64,000 nucleotides of DNA from Azolla caroliniana (lineage: Eukaryota > Plantae > Polypodiophyta), in assembly GCA_043228905.1 (NCBI GenBank), contig JBHGNT010000011.1:2852001-2916000 (forward strand), written 5' to 3'. The position numbers and the translations under genes were made by a program. Shown here piece after piece: positions 49,334 through 63,393 of this stretch; the first letter of the stretch is position 1, and each line of letters opens with the position of its first letter. The notes under the pieces are model-generated. The model was not told the DNA's origin, ran no database searches, and worked only from the letters and a program-made list of their open reading frames with translations.

Positions 49334-52300
49334 TTATGCAGATATCTTCATTCGACGAAGAGCAAGGTAAGCAAGGATCCTATAACCAAAGACCATGATC
49401 ACCATGGCCAAAATAGAGTTTTGATATCGAAGTGTCCAATTCTTCACCATATTGGTATGCCCATATTGCACCTCCATTAGAATCTCATAAGTATGAGCTT
49501 GAAAAGATATATACTTGATCCACCCAATGAACGGAGGTATATTCTGCATTGACACATACAACTTATCCATCAAAGACCAGATATAGGCATATTGACAAAT
49601 CATGATTGAGTGATACATACACACACACACACATTTATATATGTATTATTTGAATCTTGTAATGTTTGAGGAAAAAATGTTGATTGGCTTACTTTTACGA
49701 AAAAGCCCCCTGCCAACATGAATGCAAGTACAAAAACTGAGGCAAAAGTGCTTGCTTTTTGAACATCCATCAACGCTGCACCGATAAAGAACCCCACCCC
49801 CTATGGATTTCAAAAAGCAAAATATAAAAGCAATTTCAGATAACTTGTAACAGAGTTGTTTGGGCATTTACTCTTGGACACCACAAAGAAAAAAACGCAA
49901 ATGGGAAAGTGCACAAATCAATATTTGTATATTTTAAGTAAACAAAAGATACAATGACATGCTAATAAATTTAGCTTCTGTTAAAATTTTGTAATGAACG
50001 ACATTCAATTTGCAATGATTGGTGGAAATTGCTCTAACATTTATGAAAGGGTAATGTTTCTTCCTACACAATTCGTGTACTTACCTGCGAGGTGATCACA
50101 TCGAGGCAAACCGTGGCGATGGTGAAGACAAAGGCTGTAAGGGTGCGACGAAGGTTGGCCATGAAGTAGAGAATGAGGATGAAGATGACTGCAAGGCCCA
50201 ACTCAATGGGTAAGTCACTCAATGTGCGTGCCATGAAGTAGGCACTCACGCGATACATGTCTGCAGCTCTTTCCTTTGCCATAATTGACCTCTCGATTGG
50301 AAATGTGAAGATTGCCGTGAACAATGGGAAATACCCCCAAAACACTCCAATGAAGAATAACAATCCTGACTACATTTGTTCAATCAATTATTTTATTACA
50401 GCCACAAATAGGCACTTTATGACATTTAAAATACAAACCATAAAGGTCATACGTCATCTACAATTGTTGTTAACAACTAACTGTAGCACGTTATTTATAA
50501 TTTTACTAACTCTTGCGCGCGCGCGTGTATTTCTCTCCCTCGTTACACGTGAATGCACCATTACATAAAAGGAGCATCAAAAAACAAATGAAACAAGTAC
50601 AAATCTAAGAGTATTGTTCCTCGAACATGACATGAGTAATTTGGCTCGAGTTTAGTGCATGGATGTTGTATCACATTAATTTCTTCAATCTGATTTAAAT
50701 TGAGGTCAAATTAGTCTATGTTTTAGTGAGTTAAGACATTCTTGCATATACGAGAGGCTAGAAAGAGAAATAAAAAAGTCAACATGTCTAAGTTGCAACT
50801 TGAAAGTTGATTAGAATGTGAGTTGACTATAGAATATACGTATAGAAAAGAGCCTCAAAAGTACAAAAATGAATGAAAATATAAAACCTTTGTAGAATAG
50901 ATCCTACTTTATTTGCCATGGCAATGTTATGTTTTCACTCTTAAACTATATACGAGAGTCCCAATGTTGTAAAGGGATTTTCTTAGAAGCAAATTTTGAA
51001 TTATCTCAAATAAAGCTCTACACAATAGCAAACGTCAAATCCATTGCACAAGCTTTAACGTCAGACTTCTATGCCTATGTATTTGAATTCAAAGTTTCAA
51101 TACGATAACCTAGGAAATCTATGTTTCCTACATAATGTATAATTGCAATGTCTTCTTCACCTTGTTGCTTGAACATGTAGTTTCATGTTCAAGCTAAGAA
51201 TTAATTTCGATGAGTACAATTGTTATTGAACATTTACTTTTTCTAATTGTAATCACTTTGCAATATCCTTGCTTTACAAAATTCATTTGCAAGATTTTTA
51301 ACTTAAAGTCGCACATAGTGGGAAAGATCATTTCATTGATATGCTTGCACAAGGCGAAATACTTACTTGGACTGTACCAAAACTTTATCATATTACTATC
51401 TTCAGTGAGATGATTCCAGAACACTAAAGACCACTTAGGTTTGACTTGTGGTGGGGAGAGTTAATGTTTTCTCTAAAAAGCAAAACCAAAAGTTCCCCAA
51501 CAAGAGTAACCCTTTCCTATTGATTGTTTAATAAGGAAATGTTCGGGAAAAGAAGCCCAAGTTTGAGTCCGAAATTTTGTAATGCTTTAACACATATCCT
51601 AATGCCATTTTTTAATAGTTAGATTCAATTCATAGTATTTTATAAAGTTTGTCAATTAATACTTCCTCTTACACTTAAAATCTATGATGCAATATCATCA
51701 AAATTGAAAGAGTGTCGTGTATATGATACTCACTTGGTCTTGAAGTTCCCATGGAGTTGAATGCTTTGATTGCCACCACAAACAACCTCCTAGCAATGCC
51801 GAGAACACAACTTGAATAACCCTTAACCAGCTCAAATATTCATTACGCCTGGCCTTAAACCCACGAATGAAGAGGACAAAGAATTGTTCCCACCATGATG
51901 TTGACCAATTTCGTCTCTTATTTACTATATTGGAACTTATTCCATGTTGTGCCTTTTGATTTTGTAAAGATTCTGCTCTATCCAATGTAGACATTTGTTC
52001 CTCACAACGATCCTTAAGATACTGATTGCATTAAGAGGCAATATGTTACTTCTTGGAAATGCTAAGTACCTTTTGGTTACATGTCACTTTTATACTATTT
52101 TTTGAAATGGTCAATTATGATATAAATAGAAGCAAATAGATTCAATGTTGGTGGCTAATGACGGAATCTAGTCAAAAGACAAATGAGATAAGTGGTAAGT
52201 AAAATGGAGGCATTTACATGAGAGATTAATTATTCATCCAACATTCAAGGTGTTGCATAGAACATATAATGGTTGAAATATTGTGATTAATGATGATGCA

Positions 52301-54771
52301 CGCATATAAATTCCTAATATTGTGAGAAATACTTGCAAGGAAACTTATGATACAATGAACTTTAGACATAAAGTAGAGCTAGAATTAAATGAAGTCATAA
52401 GCTCATCACCTTTTTTACATCCTTCGCAAAGATGGTGGATGGTGTGCCACCATTTATGTTAGCAAGATTTGACATTTCCTTATTGACACCTTGTTGCTTT
52501 GTGAGGACGTTGGGAATCGACATGTCATTGACATTCCCACTACAAAGGTCAAGTAAGAAGTCAGCGGGATTCATGGGTATAAGTGGGGTAAAGCCAATCG
52601 AGTCAAAATAGGTTAAAGCGCCTTGTGCTTTGCCAAAGTATGCGGGATGGCCATCCGAGAGAAGAATAAGTTTGTCAAACATGTGAAAAGCTCGACTAGA
52701 GGGTTGATGGATGGTGGCCATCACAGCTCGTCCTTGCTATTAAAAATTTGATTAACATTGAGCTTGAGGTTAATAGCTAGTCATTTGAAAATTGTTTAAC
52801 TTTCATGATATGAAAATTCCAACATTCAAGGCTTACAAATTGCACATGCACATTTCAAGTTAAGTTTAGGTCCTAGGGAATTCAAAATCTAGCATAGCGT
52901 TCACATTACATGAAAAATAAAGAGATGTTAAATAACCAATCAACAAATATTATATAGCATGGTTGGATTAATAGTCATTCGCTTCACTATTTCCATCCTA
53001 ATTCTTGTTTAGAGTTCATTCCCTCTGTCACTCCATTTCCATAGCTCCAATCTCCATCACTTTCAATTGGTAGATAGACCCCCCTAAAGTTTCCACGGTT
53101 CCTTTGAACATTTTGTGAATTGACACATGTCTTAATCAAGAATTTTAGCCACGTGATAACTGCACAATGTTGATGTGTTATTGACATTGATGAGGCCGGC
53201 ATTCTAAGGTTCCTAAAATAGATTTAATTTCCAACCACATGCATGCACATGTGCAAATACAAATAAAATCCAATCGACCACATCCACATTTGTCATTAAA
53301 AGAGGTAATAGTAAAACTAAGAATGAAGGAAAATGATATCTTAGTAACATATTTATCATACATGTGCGATGTTTTGGAGGAGGCGGATGATTCGAAGGGC
53401 AGTGGTGGAGTCAAGGCCAGAGGTGGGCTCGTCGAGAAAGATGAGGGAGGGGTTGGTGAGAATCTCTTGGCCAATGCACACACGCTTACGTTCACCTCCT
53501 GAGATTCCACGCAAGAATTGGTTTCCGATGATGGTGTCATGGCAACGTTGTAGTCCCAGCTCTGCCATAACCATCTTTGCACGCTCCACTTTCGCTTCCC
53601 GGCTCAACATTTGTGTTGGCAATCGTAGTTGTGCCGAGAATGTAAGTGTTTCTGCTACAGTTAGATGTGGGAAGAGCACATCATCTTGGGTCACGAACCC
53701 AATCCTATACATATGGCAATAGAATTGCATACACAACACCCAATTAAGTTACATCGTTTATAGAAAGAGAAAGAGATGTATTAAATTCTAGATGACAAAA
53801 GAAGAGAATGTTACGTTGACTTAGTTAAACATAGAAAAAGAACCGAGAGAATGAACAATCGTAGTTGTGCCGAGAATGTAAGTGTTTCTGCCACAGTTAG
53901 ATGTGGGAAGAGCACATCATCTTGGGTCACGAACCCAATCCTATACATATGGCAATAGAATTGCATACACAACACCCAATTAAGTTACATCGTTTATAGA
54001 AAGAGAAAGAGATGTATTAAATTCTAGATGACAAAAGAAGAGAATGTTACGTTGACTTAGTTAAACATAGAAAAAGAACCGAGAGAATGAACAAAGAAAT
54101 AAATGTTCAAAAGGTACAGAAATAGTACAAGCTATATATATATAGTCTATAGATATTAGTTTTTAATGAATCTTTATATCCCTTTTGATAATTTATTTCT
54201 TTGTTCATTCCCTCACTTCTTTTTCTATACATATTGAGAGAGAGAGAGAGAGAAAGATTATTAAATGGTTGTCCACAAGTGAGAAAAATGATACCCAATC
54301 AAATACAAATCTATAAATCGAAGTGAAATCATTGATATCAAACATTAGACCTTAGCTCAAAACGAGTTAAACACTCATCTAGACCTAATAATTCGTAAAC
54401 ATATTGATAAGTGATTGTTACACTCTGAGAGAGAGAGAGAGATGCATACATTTGCTCCTTGTTTGATAGACCTATGAATTAGTGAAATTTAGGTAGCCTC
54501 CAAAAAGAGCTCTTGTAGCACATCCCATGGACAACCAGACATGTGGTAGCCTTTGAGAATAGCAATAGATCCTTCTGTTTTCTTATCTAGGCAAGACCAA
54601 TAGGTCATGTTACTAACCTCTCAAGTGTTTTCTTATCTAGGCAAGACCAATAGGTCATGTTACTAACCTCTCAAGGACAATAATAGTCCCCTTCCTCCTT
54701 CCCCTTTCCTTCTTTTGGGAGGAACAATAGGCCATCTTAATGGCCTCCCATGAACAATCTTATCTCATTAC

Positions 54772-54805
<34 letters not shown>

Positions 54806-57800
54806 AGGAAACTTATGTCTTGCTACTTCTTGAGGAAGATGATATATTACAGTCATTATCTCTCGAGAAAGGTATTCAATATTCTCGTGCAAGTGAAAAC
54901 CCTCTCCAATGTAACTTGACATTGAGATAATATTTTCTATTGTTAAAAATGTTGGGTTGCCCCATTTGGTTCATTTCAACGTGTTTCACAATAACACAAA
55001 TATGGTCATATAAACGAATAATTTATTTGTACCAAGACTGTTGTTTGATACATGATCTAGATTGGCTGGTTGAATCTTGAGTTTGACGAGATGTGTGGGT
55101 TTTGAATAACTCATTCTCTTGAGTTTGATGAGATGTGTGGATCTTATGAGTGAACACCCAATATACCTCCCTCTTATAGTGATGTAAGAATGAACATTTG
55201 ACATCTTGGGCTTGCCCTAATATTTGTGGTTAATGTGATTCAGAGAGAGAGACATTAGCTAGTCTAGAGGAACCTAAACAAATTAAGTCATGACCATTTA
55301 GACCATTTTGGATTTGGTCTTGGGCATTCTATGTATTTGGAATATTCGCAAATCATTCTCTCTCGACCAATAGGAAAGAGGTTATAATTGGGATACTTTT
55401 GGGTTTGTTTTTTAACGACAAGATAGTAGCTTTCAAACCACATCTTCAATTTGGGAAACATTAGTTTAGAGCAAATATTTCATTTGGATCTTTCCAATGA
55501 TAGTCATATAGGACAAATTTGGTGACAAATACCTCCATGACACAATGTTTTTAACAAGGCCCAAATTTGGATCCAAATAATGCTTAGTCATAGTGTCACA
55601 AAAGACACTAACCCAATTCATAGATTAAGACATCAACCCACTCAATGTTTTTGTCACTCCTTCCAAATTTCACATATTCGATGGAAAAATGACTCATTTT
55701 CTCATATAAAATAGCTACATACATCAAGAAAGTTTTTAAGTAGGGCCTACTCTAGAATGTCAATAGATGTAAACTGTGGGACTTATTTCTTCTTTTTCTT
55801 GATACAAAAGTGATTGAGTGGCCCATGATGAAACAAATGTATGTTATATTGATTCCTTTACCTTAGAAATAACATCATCCTTACCTATGCGGTTATCATT
55901 CATGCCATTATCCTATGTGAAGAGCTAATTGACACATTACATTGACTATGGAATATTCTTACTTATATGAGCTAATACTAGGTCTAGGATCCATTGTCAT
56001 GCAAAATATGTCTAGAAGGTGCATTTTGAGGTGTTTTGATCCATAACTCCTCCCTCAAGAACCACTTTTACAATGAGTCAAGCTTATGTTATCCACTTCC
56101 ATTAGGTTACTCCCACAGATAACATGTACCTTCTTTTGTGTTTCTTGGTCTAAAAGTTAGACAATAGACATTTTTTTTTACATCCTTGGGTTATACTCTA
56201 TAATGTGCTACAACCAATCCTTGGGTATTACTCTACTACTTACTATCATAATCAAAGTTGCTAACCGAATGTTTTCCAATGGAGATTTGGTTGAAACTTG
56301 AAAGTAGATGTTCAGAATGCGAGAATATTTGCCATGTTAGTGTTCATGTCATGTGAATGGCATCAAAACAGGTGACATTTGAGACTTTCAAAATATCGCT
56401 TTTACACTTTGCGTCACTTTCATGTAACCTATTTAATATTGATGTTTCATCATCGGGTTACATCCTTCAATTATACTCTATTATTGGCTATCATAATCAA
56501 AGTTGCTATCTGAAGAAAAGTTATAATCTCGATTTTCAATGGAGATTTGGTTGACAATAGATCTTCAATATGAGAGAATATTTACCATGCCAGTGTTCAT
56601 GTCACTTGAATGGCATCAAAATAGGTGACATTTGGGACTTTCAAAGTATTGTTTTTATTAAGCTTTACATCACTTTCATATAGCCTACATAATATTACTT
56701 TTAATTTGTGTATCATCTAGTGACACCAACATCGACTAACCACGTTAACTCCCAAAAAAACTTTATGTTAACGTTATGCCAAATAAGATTCTTTTACCTT
56801 AATCTTGTTGATTAGCTTGTGGCAACAACCGTTTTTACTAAAAATGCGCATAGCTTATAATATTTAATAATAAGAAGTACCATTGTTGTATACGATATTG
56901 ACACATGAGAAAAGTTTCAAATTAAGTTTATTCTATGCTTCTATGTTAGATAAAAGATATCTATCTGTATTTTGAACGACGAAGCTAGTTTCACAAAAGG
57001 CTACTAGCTATCTAGTAAGCCTTAGAAGATATACTGATGATGGTGCATATGCATTCAAAAGGAAAGCATGGCTTTACTCTTTACTTTCGCGACAAGGTGT
57101 ACTTTGAGTGAGGGGTATATCGATGACAAAAAAACCCAATGCTTTTATCAAACTACATGCCGCTATGACTTGGGGTGGGTTTGGTGTTATATATTTGGAT
57201 CGAGAAGCTAGAATATAAGAATATGGACTTGGCTAAAAGAGATCAATTAATTCGACATCAACATGATCTGATGGAAATATATGTCATGTTCAATATTACA
57301 ATAAAAAGTTCATCAATAGTGACCTATTAAACAGTGAGGTTCATAGTGACTTTGGGAAAGAAGTCGACGCTAGATGGCATAACAAGGGGATGATAAGATG
57401 CGTAAGTGAGAATTGTAAGTAGGACCCTATTAACTACAATGCCAATGTCCTTATTCGACATAATGTTGAGGGGTGGGGGGGCAATTAATATTTTTGAATT
57501 GATTGATTCAACTTAAGCAAACCATTTCAAAGATGCTAAGAAGCAGATTGGACTCAATTTTGACTTTGAACGTCAAACCCCTAAGGCTAAATGGTTGTTA
57601 TCTCTCTAGGTATCGCCGAGTAGTTTGAAGCTCGCTTTTTCAATCTCCAAGCTTTTAACAAGGAGGTTGAATGTTGAATTTGAGCCGATCATGTGGTTTA
57701 ACGCCTTAATTCTCAAAACAATTCTCTAGCTCTCACTCTCTCTCTAATGATGGTAAGTAAGATCAAGGAATACATAATTGATCCTTAAGCAAAATCGAGA

Positions 57801-59539
57801 ATTCTATGTCAGTGGTATATCCCATGAAGTGAAGGGGCCCCATCTAAAAGGACATTGCCTGACCTCCACTATGCATAGAGTCCCACTCAATTGCAATGCC
57901 TACATAAATTGAATGTGTAATCACAATCATATGCTTATGACTAAAGTTTGGATCTTGATTCCCAATCATGGCATAGTGGAACATATAAATAAACAAAACA
58001 TTAAAAGGAAAATTTGTTAAATGAACCACAAGTCGAACCTAGAAACGAGATTTTTACATATCAATCAAAAGACGAAATTACGCAGCATTGAACACCTAAA
58101 ACAAATCCTTAGGAAATTAAGACATAATTACTAAACACAACCCTACCAATATAGTCTATTATAGAAAAAGGGTAGTAGCAATTCCTACCAAGCCTAAATG
58201 AACTTGAATGTAATATATTCATAATTAGAGGCTATATTTGGAAATTAAATAAAAATATACTCACCTTCTTTTGAGGTTTTTGGAGTAAGGGACATCATTG
58301 TAGAGGATGGATCCAGAGATAAGTTGAGGGTTTGAGCGGCGACCACCCAAGACATTGAGAAGAGTGGTCTTTCCACTACCGGATGGCCCCATCATTGCGA
58401 GCATCTCGCCTGCACCAACCGATCCTGAAACTCCGTGGAGAATCTCCTTCTCCACCGCCCCTTTTCCTCGCCACTTTGCTGCCTCTTGTGTCACAACCTT
58501 GTACTTCACCTCGGTGAACTAGAAACCCCGTGCCATGGTTAATCATAGACGGCGGCTCATTAAATCATATTTTACCATATCTTAATTGCCAAGCTCCAAC
58601 CAATCATAAAATTGTTTAGAAGTATCCCCTAGGAAAAAGGAATTGTCTCCTAGGACGAAAGATTTGTCCCATAGGTTGCTAGTGGTAATGTGGACTTCCT
58701 AGGTATGACGAAAGAATTGTCCCATAGGGTACTAGTGGTAATGTGGACTTCCTAGGTATCATGATTACCCCACCTTCGGAAAGAATGCTAATCGCTAGTT
58801 TGCCACTAGTAGTAGTGCACACTTAACACCATAGGGACCTTTCTAGACATCATGATTACCCACCCTTAATAGAAAACAATACCTCCTCACAAGAATTAAG
58901 AACTAGTCGCTATGCATTTCACTGGTGATCGTGCACATCATTGACTAGTTAGTAGTGAGGCTAGGCACACGCAACCCAACATATGTACAGGGTCATGGAT
59001 GTGTACACTCGGAGCACATGCACAAAGAGTGTAGGGTAAGTCAATGTGTGGTAGTGGTGCATCATGCATGGGGGGCCCCCCAACAATGTGTGGTAGTTTG
59101 GGTGATCCCATGTCTATGCGAGATGTCCAATGTAGTTAGTTGAAACTTTGCATATGGGACAAAGAAAACAAGTAATTATAGACGTATTGTTGAAACTAGC
59201 TAGCATTATGAGGCAGGAGAAGGGCCAGACACTAGGCACTTACTTACCTCGTGTGGAACGAGAACGTACCTGTAGATAAATGGGCTCGGGACGAGGGAAC
59301 GAGATCGTGTCATCCTTGTGGACGTCGATGCCGATGCCGCGTTCACACGGGGGCGGGGCCACGGCGGGGGGCATGTTATTATTCATCACATGGATTGCAA
59401 CGCTAGAGGAGGGTTCCTCTTCGATGTACGCGACTTGCGCACGCTTCTCACCACGGGGCGGGGTGGCATTGTACGATGTCCTCGCGACCTCCACTGGGGG
59501 GCAAATACATAAGCAACCACCATATACATCTATCTATCA

Positions 59540-59575
<36 letters not shown>

Positions 59576-60086
59576 ATGTATTTAGTTATTTGAAGAGAGA
59601 TTATTTATTTATTTATTTACCGCCGCCGCCGCCGCCGCCGCGCAGGGAGAGTGGGGTGGCGTTGGAGCGGCGGATCTCGTCGTACTGCACCTGCAGCTCG
59701 TCCGCGTCGCTCAGCCGCCCGGCGCTGGGACTGTTCCCGCCGCCGCCACGTGGCGCCGCCGCCGCCTGTAGCAGCGTCCCTAGCCCTTTGGAGACCATGG
59801 ATGACATGGATCGCCTTGGCCGCCCGCCCCCCTCCATCGGGCTCCCGCTGCCGACGCCGCCGCCTCCTCCCCGGCGGCCAGCCCCCCCCGGCGGCGCTCT
59901 CGAGGGCGTGCCTCCATAGCTAGGGTACTCGTCGATCGACGACCTCCCCGCATCCTCATCCATGGTGGTGTCTGCATATACGCCGCCGCCGCCGCCGCCG
60001 CCGCCGCTCAATCGCCCTGGCGATGGCGACGACTTCCCTGGGTACGTCCCGTATAATGCCGCTGATCCATCCATCCTCTGCTCCAT
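49334..60086 (-). CDS. Half-size ABCG (WBC) transporter, ABCG22/26/27 clade; exons 60086-59621, 59493-59270, 58518-58265, 53704-53362, 52736-52410, 52021-51734, 50369-50085, 49800-49693, 49543-49334
   Basis: Walker [24 protein letters not shown], signature ISGGERKRV, Walker [65 protein letters not shown]; all junctions GT-AG and in phase. Confidence 0.95.
53620..54091. repeat. Near-perfect 236-bp tandem duplication spanning an ABCG splice acceptor
   Basis: Copies 53620-53855 and 53856-54091; one substitution seen (gctac/gccac). Confidence 0.95.
54576..54675. repeat. Perfect 50-bp tandem duplication
   Basis: tgttttcttatctaggcaagaccaataggtcatgttactaacctctcaag twice. Confidence 0.9.
56225..56690. 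repeat. Diverged ~250-bp tandem duplication in ABCG intron
   Basis: ctatcataatcaaagttgcta...tggagatttggttga...gaatggcatcaaaa.aggtgacatttg twice. Confidence 0.75.
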
Positions 60087-60199
60087 CGCATCCGAGGAAC
60101 CCCCCCCAAAAAACCCCCCCCCAAAAAAAAAACAAAAAGAAAAGGCACACAAATCATTAGTAAAAAATATATATTTAAGAGAGCGTAACTAGGAATCAG

Positions 60200-60765
60200 A
60201 GAGATTAAGAGCACACTAATCTATATTTTGCAGCTAACCGCATGGATTAGCGAGCGCTCGCTAATCACACGTACATAATTAGCATCCACTCAGATGCTTT
60301 TTTTTTTTTCTTCTTCTTTTTTGACGGGGGAGGGGGAGAGTGGGGAGAGGGATTAAGTAATAAGCGGCGCTGAAAAGGCATGTACAAGACAAACAGAGAT
60401 AGATTAAAAGCACACTCTGATCACGTGGATTAAGAGCTAAGACATGCCATCAGCAGCCACTCGATCAGATGGGTTAACTGCCCGGGGGAGGGGGGACTAA
60501 CTAATCCAATGCAATTAGGCGGCTAATCACAGCTGGATTCAGCAGAATCTAATCACGCTTGATTAAGAGGGCGCTAATTACAGCCAGAATGTAAGAATTT
60601 TAAATGGGAGCTAATCGAATGGAACCGGCAGCCAATATCAGATGGATTCAAGAGGGCACTAATCGAATGCAATCAGAGGCCAATATCAGATGGATTAAAG
60701 AGAGATAATGCGATCAGTGGCCAGTGGCAGATGGATTAAGAGGGCATTTGCGGGGGATTAAGGAG
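60200..60765. promoter_or_regulatory. TAATC/GATTA motif array with a 22-bp perfect palindrome upstream of the ABCG ATG
   Basis: About 15 copies counted by eye; gattagcgagcgctcgctaatc at 60245-60266. Confidence 0.5.
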
Positions 60766-60893
60766 GGCTTACCCAATCGGGTAAATGATCTCCAATTAGG
60801 AAGTGCGACGCAAACAGAGAAGGAGAGAGCGTGATGAATGAGGCCTACTCTTTCCTTAAAAAAGGAAAACATTAAGAGGAGGAGAGGCATTGG

Positions 60894-60970
60894 ATCACGT
60901 GCGCGCCCCCCCCCCCCGCCTTCCGTACGCCCCCACGTGGCCACGCGTCACGTACGGTCCACGTGGCACG
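60894..60970 (-). promoter_or_regulatory. G-box/ABRE cluster
   Basis: CACGTG at ~60896, CCACGTGGC at ~60933 and ~60959, CACGCG and TCACGTAC between them. Confidence 0.7.
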
Positions 60971-61865
60971 ATGGCCACACATGCCTTTCTTCTTCCTCTA
61001 TCTTGTTCTCTTTTTCCTTTCCCTTTTGGAAGCCCAAAGGTTCCCAATGTCCTTCTTAAAACAAAACACACACACACACACACACACACACTCTCTCTCT
61101 CCACACTTCGGCTTCCCTTTAATCGCTAGCTCCTTGTGGTCGACCATCCGACACCTCAAGCCCAAGAAGATCGCGTTTCTTATTGGAGTGGATCTCTCGG
61201 CCTAAACCCCCCCCTAATGGCCAGCCAACCTTGTTTTGCCGCAGCCTCTAGAGCCTAGTAGCATGTCACTCTCCGATGACCTCATGCGAACATGTGCGTA
61301 TCCGACAACCTGTAGATAGATCGATCCCAGATCATCGTCTCGCATGTCATTTCGTCTTCTCTGTCTCATTATGCTTTCTTCGTGACCCCCCCCCCCCCCC
61401 CCTCTCCCTCTCCCCAACGCTAACTCAACCTTTTTTTGTCTCTCTCCCCCACCCCTTTTCTTTTGGAACATGTGTACAGAAGTTGTATCACATGTTGTTT
61501 GTCTGTGCATTAGAAAGAGACTGTTACGTGACCAACAAACACAGTTCATCAAAACCCTCAATTGCGTAGCATAAAGACACTATAGAAAAAAGGTGGTCGA
61601 CGATGATGTGTCTATGACCTTTGGGAAGCACGAATTGAGACTTCTCAAACCTCATAAAACAATGTTAGTAAAAGAGTTTCCTTTGCTAGCATAGACGTGG
61701 TACATTGTGTATAAAGTTAATACCTCTTGCTTAGGGGAGCTTTCCTGTTCTTGTAATGTGAGAATGTATAAGTGCCTAGAAGGCAAGGGTGATAATGCTT
61801 GATGCAAAGACATTGTGTGTGTGTGTTTGGTGCACTAAATGATCAGTGATAAATAATCACCCCTC

Positions 61866-61869
<4 letters not shown>

Positions 61870-61926
<57 letters not shown>
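61870..61926. repeat. (AG)n microsatellite
   Basis: Uninterrupted AG run. Confidence 0.95.
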
Positions 61927-61928
<2 letters not shown>

Positions 61929-62149
61929 TTGTCATTTTGTTAACATCTTCGGAGGGGAAATTCAACCACCGTTGGCTACAAAAGTGAACTATTTCTATGC
62001 ATTGTATGTGGAGTTGGTAAGTTGCTCTAGATGTTCAAGAGTTTTACTAATGAATATTATAGCTGAAAATATGTACTTTAGCTAAGTCAAAATTATGTGT
62101 AGAGAGATGTCAAGAATGGAAATGTGGGAAAACCAATCCCAAATTTGGT

Positions 62150-63100
62150 TGATAGTGGAACCAGGTTCCCATGCAATTCTTGGAAGTCTATATGATGAGG
62201 TTTTTTTTAATGCTTATATATGTATTCCACAACCCTCTCCATGCCAATGATCTCAATGGGAACTGATTCAATGTCAAGTAGTCAGAGCATGTATGATGTC
62301 TACATCTTGAGTTGGAAAAACTCATCCAAAAACACTCTTGGACATTTTTCAAATCATTCCAAGTAAAGTTAGAGATACTTCCACTCTTTAGAGAAGTATC
62401 AATATTGCCAAAGCTTGTCAAAGTAGTGTTCCTTAAGAACCCAACATTTCACTTCTCCTTCGTTTCATATGTTGTCAAATGAATAGTAAACCATCTCTCC
62501 CCCTTTCACATGGTGAGTGACATATAAGTTTGATACATTATTGTTCTAAACCTCAAGGCAAAGGTATCTGAAGCTTTCTACTTTTTGATATGGCCCATTG
62601 TTGTACACAATGCTTCATTTTTCCTTACAAAGAATCTTTATAAGCGTAACCTTTATCTTGGAGCTATTGCCAACTCAATTATTATCCATGCAAAAGTTCT
62701 AAATTAGGCATTCATAAGCTTTTGCTTCTCTTCTAAAAGTACCACATCTTGTGGCTATCAAAAAGCACAATAATTGCACTCCCAATGGCAGCTCTGCTTT
62801 GTTGTTGTACAAACTCTATCCATATCCCAAAGAGAATTAGTTGGAATTAGAACTATTTGCTTAAGACAATAGTGGCCATAGAAAACCTTGAAACTTATAT
62901 TGCTTAAATGCAAATGAAGTGTCACTTCCCATAGAATTGTATGAAGTATTACTTCCCATAATATTACAAGCATATACCACTCACTACTTGTTCTTCTATA
63001 CTATCTCCAAAGAAAATGAACCATAGCTTGTAAAGATATCTACCAAAATCAAAATTGTGGATTTGAAGTCTACCTAAAGAGTGTATCTATAGCTCAACTG
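62150..63100 (-). mobile_element. Highly degenerate LINE reverse-transcriptase remnant
   Basis: Minus-strand fragments YNNGPYQKVESFRYLCLEV (resembles the LINE RT 'FKYLG' motif), GSISNFTWNDLKNVQ, VPIEIIGMERVVEY. Confidence 0.55.
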
Positions 63101-63179
63101 TCAATCTAGGGGGTGACTCAACATAGGAGACTTGGGCCACACATTATCGTTTCTCTTCTCTTACCACCATATATATTCC

Positions 63180-63354
63180 AGATTACACTTGACCTACGCC
63201 TTTGATGAGTTTTAAGCTAATATATAGCTACAAAGGTTGCGCTTGCTCTTTCTCTCTCTCTCTCTCTTTCTCTCTCTCTTCGTAAATCAAGATTACACTT
63301 GACCTACGCCTTTGATGAGTTTTAAGCTAATATATAGCTACAAAGGTTGCGCTT

Positions 63355-63393
<39 letters not shown>

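Noticed and set aside
55700-56220. Possible LINE 3' remnant in the ABCG intron
   Set aside because: Too degenerate to support by eye.
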